Assembly: GCF_006345805.1 (NCBI RefSeq)
Contig: NC_043012.1
Coordinates: 12,338,001-12,402,000, forward strand
Direction of reading: 5' to 3'
Length of the DNA: 64,000 nucleotides
Source: Octopus sinensis
Lineage: Eukaryota
The notes under the pieces were generated by a model that saw only the letters and a list, made by a program, of their open reading frames with translations, had not been told where the DNA came from and ran no database searches. A program made the position numbers and the translations under genes. This document shows, piece after piece, positions 13,862-25,305 of this stretch. The stretch's first letter is position 1. Every line of letters begins with the position of its first letter.

Positions 13862-14250
13862 ACCCAGAAATCGAAAACAGAGAGTTGCTTATTTGCAAAA
13901 AAAAAAAAAAAAAAAGAAATATAAAATGTGACTTCATTGACCGAGGTTACCGTGGTCTTTTCTGCAGGCTTTTCTTTCCACGGGTAAACCTCACCTGTCC
14001 TCCCCTTTACACTTCATATTGACATTTCTGTGATAACGATCCCTATTGATCATTTTTTTTTCCTCTCCCCCTTTTTTTTTTTTTTTTTTTTTTTTTAACC
14101 CCCCTTATTTTTGTCCTCTTTCTCTCCTTTTACGATCCCTTTTGATCGAACCTCCCCCTTCCTTTTTTTTTTAATACCTTCAAAAGAAAAGCTCTACCTT
14201 GTAATTTGTTCTATCTGTGTGCAGCCCTGTGTGGCTAATAAAGAAACATA
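10914..14250 (+). mobile_element. 5'-truncated non-LTR retrotransposon, L1 clade / Tx1-like
   Basis: GC-rich island with ORF2: C-terminal APE endonuclease motifs ([18 protein letters not shown]), [10 protein letters not shown] (KSPGLDG, FRPITLLNADLKILAK, DQSKAFDRV, VRQGCPLS, YADD) and zf-RVT CPRC..H..C. The 3' UTR ends AATAAAGAAACA, followed directly by (TATC)n. Confidence 0.95.
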
Positions 14251-14264
14251 TCTATCTATCTGTC

Positions 14265-14300
<36 letters not shown>

Positions 14301-14333
14301 GTCATCTATCTATCTATCTATCATCTATCTATC

Positions 14334-14379
<46 letters not shown>

Positions 14380-14395
14380 TTATCAATCTGTCATC
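14249..14395. repeat. (TATC)n array, right flank of the LINE
   Basis: Same variant units as the left flank. Confidence 0.95.
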
Positions 14396-14876
14396 TCTCA
14401 ATCTCTATACGCACATACATTTTACTTGCATAACCCAGCTGTTCTATCAACACACACATATAGAGGTATATACATATGTGTGTGTTTATATATATATATA
14501 TATATATACACACTCATATATATATATATGCATGTATATGTATATATATGTGTACATATATATATATATGTATGTGTGTGTGTGTGTGTATATATATATA
14601 TAAGTAAATATGTGTGTGTATATGTGTGTGCGTCCAGTGACAAAGAGAGAGAGAGAGAGAGAGAAAATGAGGAGATATATGAGTATACGTTTGTACTAAT
14701 GTATATGCACATAGGACTATATGTGTGTGTGTGTGAGAGAGAGATTGCCCGCGCGCGCGTCTGTGTTTGTGTCCGTGCGTGCATATAGTAAGCGTATGCA
14801 TTTATGTATATATATATATATATATATATAATATACCAGTCTGTTATCCTTCTCTATTTGTTTTCTTCAATTTCAG

Positions 14877-14964
14877 GGTGTCACATATCCAGCTTGTCAC
14901 GGTATCTGGAGACATTGGGCACCACCGTTAGAACGCTCCCAGCTAGCAACAATATCTTTCTGTG
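14877..14964 (+). CDS. VGLUT: VGLUT exon B (88 nt): [29 protein letters not shown](G)
   Basis: tttcAG| acceptor after a pyrimidine tract and G|GTAAGC donor; WAPPLERS is an SLC17 motif. Confidence 0.97.
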
Positions 14965-15024
14965 GTAAGCTATCCTGTCCATTTCCTTCTCTCTTCCACA
15001 CCTTACTCTCTCGCAGCACGTCTG

Positions 15025-15076
<52 letters not shown>

Positions 15077-15089
15077 AATCAATCAATCA

Positions 15090-15123
<34 letters not shown>

Positions 15124-15192
15124 AATATATATACATGCATATATACATACATAGATACATACATATATACATACATACATAGATACATACAT

Positions 15193-15238
<46 letters not shown>

Positions 15239-15579
15239 GAAAATATGGGGCTCTAATACACAGGTGTTGTAAACGATTAGGTACGCTAGCTAAGTGCTTT
15301 AATGGATTACTAGGGCTCCATGGTTATAGCCGAGACGGTAGTTATGGAGCCATTGCAGATTTCCGATATAACGGATATATAATTTCTAACCAGGACAGCG
15401 GACGTTAAGGCGAGGTAAACATCTCAAGTCATAGACATTATTATTATTATGGGAAATAAAGTTGAACTTTGAACTTTTATGCTTTTTTTTACTCCTCTTT
15501 CTTCCTCTCTTTATTCACTTATCCCTGTCCTCTATGTCGTCATTTCATTAATCTATACACTTCTCGTTTTCCCTATTTG

Positions 15580-15633
15580 TCTCCGATGACGGAATATCCC
15601 ATACTCTGGGATATCCCAGAAACAGCTCTAAGA
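15580..15633 (+). ncRNA. Decayed hammerhead of the same family as 30489 (CCGAUGA core, GUA changed to CUA)
   Basis: UCU-CCGAUGA-cggaAUAUCCC-auacucu-GGGAUAUccca-GAAAC-AGCU-CUA-AGA. Confidence 0.55.
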
Positions 15634-15718
15634 GTTTGAAATTTTTTCCAATAACAATTTTTGCCTCGCCTTAACGTTTGTTGTCCTCTTTGACAATTAT
15701 ATATATATATATATATAT

Positions 15719-15763
<45 letters not shown>

Positions 15764-17414
15764 ATATATACATACATATATGTATGTATATGTAACACCT
15801 TCTAATGCATCTAAGTGATAAAGTCATCGACAGTGCTCAATAGACAGCTCCATATTAGGATATTTTTAGTTGCAACAGTTGTTTGCAGGAGAATGTGGCA
15901 CAAAATGTTAAACACACAGAAAAATAAAGAAAAGTATTTCAGTGATAGTTTTTAATTAAAAATCTCCGTGACTTTGCTTATTGCTTCTTCGGTTAGTTGC
16001 GAGTTCCACGTTAATTTTCTTTGCGATTGTCATTGGCGTATGAAACACATAGTGGAGTATTTGGTCAATATAAATTGGTTCGAAATCCTGCTCCTTTTAT
16101 AGGATGTCCTATGTAATTATCAACGTTTGTTAAGTCCAAGTAAACCTGTGATAGAAACCATATAAAACATCACCAGGGAATATGTAAGTGTATAAGGTAA
16201 CATGGCTGTATGAAGAGATCCTTTCCATTGTGAAGCAATTTGCAATAGATATGTACACTGAGTATGCCATCCCACCACCAAAAATATTGTCTTTTCTAGG
16301 CTACCAAGTTTTGGTAAATTACCATAGCTGACCAATGTTTTTAAAATATAGAATTTTCACTTTCCAAAATCAAATCAAATTTGAATACTGCATTCTTCAT
16401 TTTCTTTTCTTGTCGTTATTATTTCATGATATTTTTATGTTTAATACAACCCAAAAGAAACCAAAATTCTTCGATGACGGCTATTCCCTTGCATTTTACT
16501 ATCTCTAGTTAAAGGTGATTGGAGCCGAAGTGCACAAAACATTTTACTTTTTGGTATATAGCATAGATTGCTTTCAGAAGCCTATTTATTTCATCACAGA
16601 TGATAGAGCAACACTCATATCATTATCTACATAATTTGACAGCTGGTATGTCCCAATCTTTAACATTTCAGTTATTGTATTTGTTATTGTCTTCATATTT
16701 GTTTGAGCAACTCCCACAAGTTCTTTTTCTTCGTGTCAATTTAAAGGAAAGCAAATAGCTAGTTATGATTTAGTAGATGCATCTGTGTTTTATTGGCCTT
16801 CATTCACTTCAGGTTAGCTACAAATATTGACTGAATTTCTTCTGCACTAAGACTGGTAAATTTATTTTGCATTTGTGATGATAAACACATTCTATTGTTT
16901 TTATATTTCTTCAAATATTTTCAAAATTGGGATAAAACACAATTTTCCACTCAATGGAATCGTGAAAGTTTCTTAAATCTCTGTCAACCTGCAGTTAATT
17001 AATTCAAAGCACGCTAAGCAGCAATGAGTAAAATAAACATCTTTACGTTTGTAATTAACACATCCGTGTACATTCAATTGGAGAAAGGCTTTTGTCAGCA
17101 AATATACTGTTTGCTGTTTACATATAAGAACAAAATACCTTAGTCAAATGTGGACGACTTCTTCGGTGCCTGTAACTGATAATGCGTAGCCATGCATAAA
17201 CACCAACCTTATAGTGTTTTCACACATAATCTACTAAAATAATTTCTCCTCTGAAGCAATTATTGAAGAGAAGGTCTTACTGTGTCTGAGTGAATACCAG
17301 TGTGTTAAATATAAAGGTTTTTGTAAATTTTCGAGTTCCTCTACAATACATGGTCAACAAAGTTTTTGATCAATTGGATAGGTACGTGTAATATTGGTTT
17401 TTAAAGTTTGGCAC

Positions 17415-17822
17415 AAGGCTAGGAACTTTGGCGGAGTTGGGTAAGTCGATTAGATCACCTCAGTGCTGAAGTGGTACTTAATTTATCAACTTCTAAAGGA
17501 TGAAAGGCAAAGCCAACCTTGACGGAATTTGAACTCAGAACGTAAAGACAAACGAAAAGCCGCTAAGCATTTTGTCAAATATCCTAACCATTCTGCCAGC
17601 TCCCCACTTTAAGTATGTGAATTATTAGTTTCACATCTTGGTATAATGCCAGTAATTTTGGGGGAAGGGTAAGTCAATTACGATGAGCCTAGTCCTTAAC
17701 TGGTACTTATTTTATCGACCTCAAAAGAATGAAAGGTATTTGAACTCAGAATATTAAATCGAAAGAATTACCACTAAGCCTTTTTACCCGCACGGTAACG
17801 ATTCTACCAACTCGCCGTCTAA
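17415..17822 (-). mobile_element. Two degraded S1 SINEs
   Basis: Reverse-complement head (ctgccagctc), B box (tttgaactcag) and core (ggtacttattttatcgac) each seen twice. Confidence 0.7.
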
Positions 17823-18446
17823 TGTACGTGAATTATTAAAATAATTATTTCCTTGTTTTGTCTAATAAACTGCTAGTATAAGTGTACATTTTTTTCTATA
17901 GACAGAGTTTTCTTTAGCTAAATAAAACATTTGCACATTGCTGATTGCACTGGTTTCATATTTGATGTTTTTTTGCGTTATTGGTAATTATATCACTTTT
18001 ATCACCTGAAGTATTTTTCCAATCACAGAATGAAACAGTTGTAAATTCTCATTAGCTGATAGCTAAGCACGGAACGTAACACAATTTGTGCAATACGCTT
18101 CACCAGCTTCAAGTGAATTTCTTAAGCACCGAAATTCAATTTCTCATGCTTGCAAATATATGCACTAATTGATAACTTTTGAAAACATAAAGTTGCTTGG
18201 AAGACACAGAATGGTTGACAAAAAGTGGAATTCTTTCAGTTTTTGCTAAATGAATTTATTTCAACTTAACGAATGAAGAAAACAGAATCAACTTAGCCAT
18301 CGATAAATTAATGGTGTTTAGACTTCAACTTGCATTCTACTGTACACTTGTTCAAATTATTATCAACAAACTCAACAGGTAAAAGTACATGGTTATCGTG
18401 TAGAGGTAGTGTTATAAAATATGCATATAAGCAATCAGCAGCAGCA

Positions 18447-18828
18447 GTGGAGGCGCAATGGCCAATTGGTTAGGGCAGCGGACTCGCGGTTTCGATTCCC
18501 AGACCGGGCGTTGTGTGTGTTTATTGAGCGAAAACACCTAAGCTCCTCGAGGCTTCGGCAGGGGGTGGTGGCGACCCCTGTTGTACTCTTTCGCTCCAAC
18601 TTTCTCTCACTCTTTCTTCCTGTTTCTTGTCCCCGACTTTCTACGTAACCGCTGAGTCTGGATGCGCATTCATCCATCCGTCGATGCACTCGGTGTCGGG
18701 GGTTGACCTGCTTTCTCTTCTGCGGGTCTTACGAATAACAAAGGACCACGTTTCGGACTTCTCCCACTATAGAGGCGCGATCTTGCGAGCTCTGGGACGA
18801 GGACCGCTTCGCTCAACAAACAAACAAA
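18447..18828 (+). mobile_element. SINE family S3 with a (CAAA)n tail
   Basis: Head GGCGCAATGGCC..TGGTTAGGGCAGCGGACTC, B box GGTTTCGATTCC; 15-bp TSD caatcagcagcagca (18432-18446 / 18829-18843). Confidence 0.9.
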
Positions 18829-18993
18829 CAATCAGCAGCAGCAAATTTGAAACGATAAATGTTTATTAGTACACATATTACTTCGGAGAAGAATGATATT
18901 TTTGCAGAGTTACATATATTAGGAATTCCTCTGACATCACAACAGAAAATTCATTGCAATTGCTATTACATTTCTCGTCTTCTAATATTTTAG

Positions 18994-19080
18994 GTTCGTA
19001 CGCCGGAGCAGTATTGGGGATGCCTTTGTCAGGCCTTCTCACGCAATATTTAGGTTGGCGCTCTGGCTTCTATTGTTTTG
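18994..19080 (+). CDS. VGLUT: VGLUT exon C (87 nt): [29 protein letters not shown](G)
   Basis: ttttAG| acceptor and G|GTAAGT donor; in phase with exons B and D. Confidence 0.96.
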
Positions 19081-19612
19081 GTAAGTATATGCTTTAAAAT
19101 ATTAAATAACACATACATGCATACACAGCTACAACTCCCCAACACGCATACACACGCGCACAAACGATTTAAACATTTGTCGTGACGATAGTCATTTTGA
19201 GATTATAAACATTCTACGCATGCGTACTAAGTAATTTTGCTCCTTAAATATATGAAAGTCTAAACTCAGATGACGAAGTACACGGAAAATGCTTCAATAA
19301 ATTACAAATGAGACAAATTTAAGTTTAACCGAAATATCCTTTTTGATACTCACCAACCATAGGCCGGAACCACAGAGATTATCCAATTCTACCTGGTGCA
19401 TATCTTTTCAAGTGCCTGGTTCGATCTGAATCCTTATTTTTGTGTTTATATATATACATGTGTGTGTGTGTGTGTGTGTATTTTTATGTGCCTGTTTCTC
19501 TATAAACCTTGCTCTGTATATGTTCGCCAGTTTGCTTTTCTGAAAACTAATCTAATTATCTCACTTTATATTTATTCATTCATATATTTAATTCTCAATC
19601 ACATTTTTGTAG

Positions 19613-19743
19613 GTATGATGGGTATAATTTGGGGTATATTTTGGTACTTGCTATCTCATGAAAGGCCATCAACACACCCTCATATAACAAAAGAAGAGCG
19701 ACATTATATAGAATCGAGCATAGGAGAACCTGCAGGTGCTATT
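19613..19743 (+). CDS. VGLUT: VGLUT exon D (131 nt): GMMGIIWGIFWYLLSHERPSTHPHITKEERHYIESSIGEPAGAI
   Basis: ttgtAG| acceptor and ATT|GTAAGT donor; HPxIxxEERxYIE motif. Confidence 0.94.
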
Positions 19744-19859
19744 GTAAGTAAAATTATAGAATTTCTGTTTTAGCTTTCTCTCTCACTTTCTCTCTCTCAC
19801 GCTCTCCATTTCTCTCAATTTCGTCTTTCTCTGTCTTTATACATCCGCTACATATGTGG

Positions 19860-20300
19860 AAATCGGTGTGTGTTTGTTTGTGGCGCTGTCAGCTAACTCC
19901 TCCTACATCGTTTTATTGATTTTGATGAAACTTGAAACGTGAGTAGAACTCATGTCTGGAAACTTCGTGACATAGATTGTTGAAAAAATCCATAATACAG
20001 CCCCTGGAAGGGACCTTTATATCTACCTCATATAACTAATCTTTTTTAAACACCCAAGGGAAATAACCTATAGCACCTGTACAAAATGTTTTATATACTC
20101 AGGGGAAATAACTCATTTCATTGTTTATGTTCAATTGCTTTGAATATTGATTTTTTTGTGTGTCCTATTTTAAATTTTTGCCGACATTATCACTTTTATA
20201 CTTTATTTGACACGTGAGTAGACCTCATGACTGGAAATCACGTGACATACTTAGATTGCTGAAAAAAATCGTTAACTAGGCCTTTCCAATGGATTATTCT
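19860..20300 (+). mobile_element. Probable Helitron-type non-autonomous fragment with an internal direct repeat
   Basis: gattttgatgaaacttg motif shared with 1920-1940; 19935-19990 is repeated at about 20210-20270. Confidence 0.4.
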
Positions 20301-20879
20301 ATCTAATACAAATTACAAATATTTTATTTAAATAACCCATACCACCTGTAGATTTTAGCAAAGCACTCAATATTTGATTCTCACGATCAACCGACCTAAT
20401 TCTGCCTTTCACTACTCACAGTTTTGAACTGCTAAACATTATTATTGCACTTCCTTAATTTGAATCTTAAACCTTAAAGACTTCATTCATACATTTCTAT
20501 ACATACATAATTTTTTTAACTGCCCATTATTCTGATAATTCTGCATTTTTACTGTTGCACTTTTTCCATCACAGTTCATTAATTTTCTATTCCACACCGT
20601 ATTTGTAGTAGCTTCATGCAGGCATAGCGTGGATTTGATCCCCGATTGCCAAATTTCACTAACACTTCAACAGTGCTTTTTTCACGGTAAAACAATATTT
20701 TTTCTGTGAATGACAGCAGTTAAACATTTCCCAGATACTCCAGATCTTATGAAAGCCTGCTTCCTCTTTCGGCTGTCGGTGGTCGAGTTGTTTGGATAGT
20801 CAGGTAACTATGATCTTTGTGAAAAGCATATAGAGCTGAGACGAGAGACATATGGGGCGAGAGTTTTTTTAAATCTGCT

Positions 20880-21400
20880 CCATCATCCTTCTTCTGAAGC
20901 AGGATAGTATCTGACTCTTTCTCTACACTGAGGGTATTTTACCTTCCTTTAGATAACAATTGGAGCGCAGAACGAAGATTTGCCACCGATCTTCACTGCC
21001 ACATTTTAACATCTCTGTTGTAACGACATCTTCCACCGGAGCTTTGTCTCTTTTCATCAGTTTGGGGGGCGTTTTCAATTTCACTGATCATAAAAGTGGG
21101 ACTACTTCCAGCATTTGTGAAGGTGTGGGATTGAGCTTCTCTAACGATTTAAGAAGGTTGGTGTAGAAGTTTTTGCATTCTTCTTTTATCTTCCCTTTGT
21201 TTAACCCCGAGAGCCCATCCTCATTCTTAATTACTGATACATCGCACCTCTGAAGTGTCAACATTCTCTTGCATATTCTTAAACTTTACGTTTCCTTTGC
21301 ACCCTGCATCAATTTCTTCAGTTTATATTTCTCCAAATCGTTTCTTAGATCTCATTTGATTGCTTTGCAAAGAACAGAATACTCAGAAAAAAATCTCTCG
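20880..21400 (-). pseudogene. Degraded RTE-like LINE ORF2 fragment (pre-RT region)
   Basis: Minus strand: KGKIKEECKNFYTNL ... LMKRDKAPVEDVVTTEMLKCG, with stops and frameshifts. Confidence 0.65.
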
Positions 21401-21677
21401 CTACAGTTCATTTATATATTCAAGCGTTTCTGACAATCATCCACCCCAATCCGGTTTCTGGTTTAGTTTCTCTCTACCACAGTAACCGGCATATGAAGCA
21501 AATTGTGTTTTCTTATATGTAGAATTACAAGAGGTATGACAATGACTTCGAATTATGTGTGTTTGTCAGAGCATGTACGTATATGAATATATCACACATA
21601 ACTATAGTGTGAATATCGATTTCATTATATCTATAAATGATTATATTTCATCTCTTTTCTTCGTTTCCTCTATACAG

Positions 21678-21830
21678 ACCACGTATAATACGCCATGGAA
21701 GAAATTCTTTACGTCTAAACCAGTCTACGCTATCATGGTTGCTAACTTTTGTCGTAGTTGGACATTTTATTTATTAATTATTGAACAACCGACATACTTC
21801 AAAGAAGCGTTCCGTTTTAATGTATCTCAG
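21678..21830 (+). CDS. VGLUT: VGLUT exon E (153 nt): [51 protein letters not shown]
   Basis: atacAG| acceptor and CAG|GTAAGT donor; ANFCRSW retains the conserved TM7 arginine. Confidence 0.97.
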
Positions 21831-21966
21831 GTAAGTTTAATTTGTATTTTCTTCAAATTAAATTTTCCCAACCTTTATAAAACTAAGAATTGAAGTCAAC
21901 AAGTGAGGGCAACCAGTAAACGCATTGTTGATTATTATTATTATTATTATTATTATTATCATCATC

Positions 21967-21998
<32 letters not shown>

Positions 21999-22018
21999 CA
22001 TCATCATTATTATTATTA

Positions 22019-22050
<32 letters not shown>

Positions 22051-22081
22051 GTTATTATCATTGTCATTATTATTGTTATTA

Positions 22082-22525
22082 AGACGGCGAGCTGGCAGAA
22101 TCATTAGCACGCTGGACGAAATGCTTAGCGGTAATTCACCCGTCGCTATGTTCTGAGTTCAAATTCCGCCGAGGTCGACTTTGTCTTTCTTGCATTCGGG
22201 GTCGATAAATTAATTACTAATGAAACACTGGCGACAATGAAATCGACTCATCCCCTCCCCCAAAGTGGCTCTCCTTGTGGCAAGATTTGAAGCCATTATT
22301 ATTATGTTTTTTTAAGGTAGTGAGCTGGTAGAATCCTTAATGCGCCGGGCAAGATTCTTAGCAGAAATTAGTCCGTCTCTACTTTTAAATTCAGCTAAGG
22401 TGGACTTTGCCTTTCGTCTGTTTTGGGGTCGATAAAATAAGTACCAGTTGAGCACTGGGGTCGATGTAATCGACATTTCCCCTTATATGAAAATGTTGGG
22501 TTTGTGCCAAAATTTGAAACAATTG
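22082..22525 (+). mobile_element. Two tandem S1 SINEs with tail B ending in (ATT)n/(ATC)n
   Basis: Heads at 22082 and 22314; tails ...gtggcaagatttgaagcc and ...gtgccaaaatttgaaac. Confidence 0.8.
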
Positions 22526-22808
22526 TCATCATCATTATTATTATTATTATCATTATTATTTTTGCTGTTGTTATTATTATCATTACTATCTTATTCTTCC
22601 AACGTACTTCCAACCAGTTTACACAGACAACAACACCAACCTCCCAGCAATCCCAATATAATAAATAATAATTATAATACTGATTTAATTAATAACATTA
22701 ATAACACTAATAATTTCTACCAATCAAAATATAGTAAACATTTTTTATAGACCGAGTGGAGAGAAACAGTGACAAACGTTGGGGGAAAAAAACTTTCATG
22801 TGAAACCC

Positions 22809-23290
22809 AAAGTAATAAATTTATCAACGAAAACTCTCTCTGCAACAAAAATTTGTATACTAGCTAATGGATTAAAGTTTACTCCGACACTACGAAGATC
22901 TAACCATAATGAAATTAAGGATAATATTCCGTAATTCTGCAGAAAACAACTCACAGAAGTACTAACCGATTACAACAACGAAGATGAGTCACTGGTTAAA
23001 AACAAATGTAATTACCTTCCACATAAACGCTAGATGATTTCTGCGACCATATCCAAAATTATCCATATACTTTCGATAAACGGAAAATTAATTCGAACCT
23101 CAACAATATAGAACGGTAAAATCTGATTGAACTACAAAACGACAAAGACCTGACAATTAAAGAAGCATACAAAGGAAGTGATGTAGTCCCGATGGACACA
23201 GAATACTATAAAAACTTAGTATTATCCATACGAGAAAACAATGGCTTCTACGAAAAAATTCGTAAAATATAAACAACATAAAACAATGAA
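22809..23290 (+). pseudogene. Degraded Penelope-like element ORF (region N-terminal to the RT)
   Basis: KVINLSTKTLSATKICILANGLKFTPT ... NLIELQNDKDLTIKEAYKGSDVVPMDTEYYK matches the PLE pattern VINLS...LxKGLxFxPT...IIKxADKG.VVIMD..Y, with stops and frameshifts. Confidence 0.8.
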
Positions 23291-23671
23291 AAATCTTGCA
23301 TCCTTAATACTTTTACATGGAAAAGGCCTGGCAGAAAAAGAAACAGACTACACCAGGATCTTCAAATAACAACTTGTCTGCCGATAATTATAGCTGCCTT
23401 TGGTTCCAATCAGTGTTACTTAACGAGTCATAACTTAATTTTGATCTATTTAGCTAATAATTTACACTTTTGATTTTGATTTTTATTTATTTATTTTAGT
23501 ATGTTTATGTCTTGTGTGTGTTTGAATCTTCTTGTTCCTCTTTATCAAGGGAATGCTAACAGTAGAAAATGCGTATAAAACATATTGATGATACAGCAAT
23601 GATCTCAAAGCCACTGCAGATGTGCAAGCCAGACAACTGGATCATATGAAATATTTATATACCAATATATA

Positions 23672-24035
23672 GGCACAGGCATGGCTGTGTGGTAAGAAGT
23701 TTGTCTCCCAAACACATGGTTCTGGGTTCAGCCCCACTGCGTTGCATCTTGGGCAAGTGTCTTCTACTATAGCCTCGGACCAACCAAAGCCTTGTGAGTG
23801 GATTTGGTAGACGGAAGCTGAAAGAAGCCTGTCGCATATACATATATGTATAGATATGTGCGTATGTGTATTTGTGTGCCTGTGTTTATGTCCCCATAAC
23901 TTAGCGGTTCGGTTAGAGGCACCGATAGAATAATTACGAGGCTTACAAAGAATAAGTCCTGGTGTCGATACCTTGATTAAAGGCACTGCTCTAGCATGGC
24001 CGCAGTGAAATGATTGAAACAAGTCAAGTAAAAGA
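23672..24035 (+). mobile_element. SINE family S2
   Basis: Colinear with 8541-8940. Confidence 0.88.
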
Positions 24036-24038
24036 GTG

Positions 24039-24072
<34 letters not shown>

Positions 24073-24234
24073 TATATTGGCAGGGCTGGCCTGCTAGGTA
24101 GCCGGCCAGAATGCTAGAAGAAGATCATCAACGATCAAACTACAAGGGAAATTCTCTAGAGGAAGAATTCAGCGAACACCAGAACCAACTTTGGCGGGCA
24201 GGACATATGAAAAATTAAATAAATAACAGACTTA

Positions 24235-24310
24235 AATGCATACCTCGGTTTCGGTCTTAACAAAAGAATTACTTGCATAATTCAAGTGTCCGTGACTTCT
24301 TCAGTACATT
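24235..24310 (-). ncRNA. Minimal type I hammerhead ribozyme, inverted copy
   Basis: Exact reverse complement of 24419-24494. Confidence 0.85.
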
Positions 24311-24418
24311 CGGTCCTCGTGATGCAAACCGCAAGACTAACCCCAGCTCTCTCTAAGCACGTGTCTGTCTTGACACAGAGAGCTGGGGTTAGTCTTGCAG
24401 TTTGCATCACGAGGACCG

Positions 24419-24494
24419 AATGTACTGAAGAAGTCACGGACACTTGAATTATGCAAGTAATTCTTTTGTTAAGACCGAAACCGAGGTATGCATT
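24419..24494 (+). ncRNA. Minimal type I hammerhead ribozyme, direct copy 1; predicted cleavage after 24488 (GUA)
   Basis: AAUGUA-CUGAAGA-aGUC[..GAAUUA-ugcaag-UAAUUC..]GACc-GAAAC-cgag-GUA-UGCAUU; 6-bp stem I, canonical core, A.C mismatch at the base of stem II. Confidence 0.85.
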
Positions 24495-24964
24495 TAAGTC
24501 TGTTATTTATTTAATTTTTCATATGTCCTGCCCGCCAAAGTTGGTTCTGGTGTTCGCTGAATTCTTCCTCTAGAGAATTTCCCTTGTAGTTTGATCGTTG
24601 ATGATCTTCTTCTAGCATTCTGGCCGGCTACCTAGCAGGCCAGCCCTGCCAATATACACATATATTTGAATTTTCTCTGACTCCTCAGATTTTTTGAATG
24701 CTGGACTACTGGTTTTAAATTGATATTAAAATTAATATTAATTTATCTCCCTCAAATTTTAAATATTTAAATAAATACGTTCCCTAGTTGTAAGCACTAT
24801 CCGCAGTGAATTATTCACTGCAGTCCTTCGCTTCAGGAGTCTCTCAGCGCGCCAGAACCAAGACATTTGAAATTTTATTCCCGATGTAATCAGTAAGACT
24901 AAGCACGTGTCTGTCTTGACACAGAGAGCTGGGGTTAGTCTTGCAGTTTGCATCACGAGGACCG

Positions 24965-25040
24965 AATGTACTGAAGAAGTCACGGACACTTGAATTATGC
25001 AAGTAATTCTTTTGTTAAGACCGAAACCGAGGTATGCATT
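24965..25040 (+). ncRNA. Minimal type I hammerhead ribozyme, direct copy 2; predicted cleavage after 25034
   Basis: Identical to copy 1 across the motif, offset 546 nt. Confidence 0.85.
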
Positions 25041-25305
25041 TAAGTCTGTTATTTATTTAATATTTCATATGTCCTGCTCGCCAAAGTTGGTTCTGGTGTT
25101 CGCTGAATTCTTCCTCTAGAGAATTTCCCTTGTAGTTTGACCGTTGATGATCTTCTTCTAGCATTCTGGCCGGCTACCTAGCAGGCCAGCCCTGCCAATA
25201 TACACATATATTTGAATTTTCTCTGACTCCTCAGATTTTTTGAATGCTGGACTACTGGTTTTAAATTGATATTAAAATTAATATTAATTTATCTCCCTCA
25301 ATTTT

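Noticed and set aside
18006-18050. CTGAAGT...GAAAC-AGTT-GTA hammerhead-like string
   Set aside because: A9 is altered and stem I does not pair.
19744-19773. Read-through of exon D (VSKIIEFLF*)
   Set aside because: A strong GTAAGT donor at 19744 gives the correct phase to exon E.
19920-19950. TTGATGA-aactt-GAAAC-gtga-GTA
   Set aside because: No room for stem II and no stem I; part of a Helitron-type repeat motif.
21783-21785. Glu in exon E (LLIIEQP) where vertebrate VGLUTs have Ser (LLLISQP)
   Set aside because: From recall this position also differs in fly and nematode orthologues; without an alignment I cannot claim significance.
24759-24989. 76-aa minus-strand ORF in the hammerhead cassette
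   Set aside because: No RT, GIY-YIG or other motif; the cassette is treated as non-coding.
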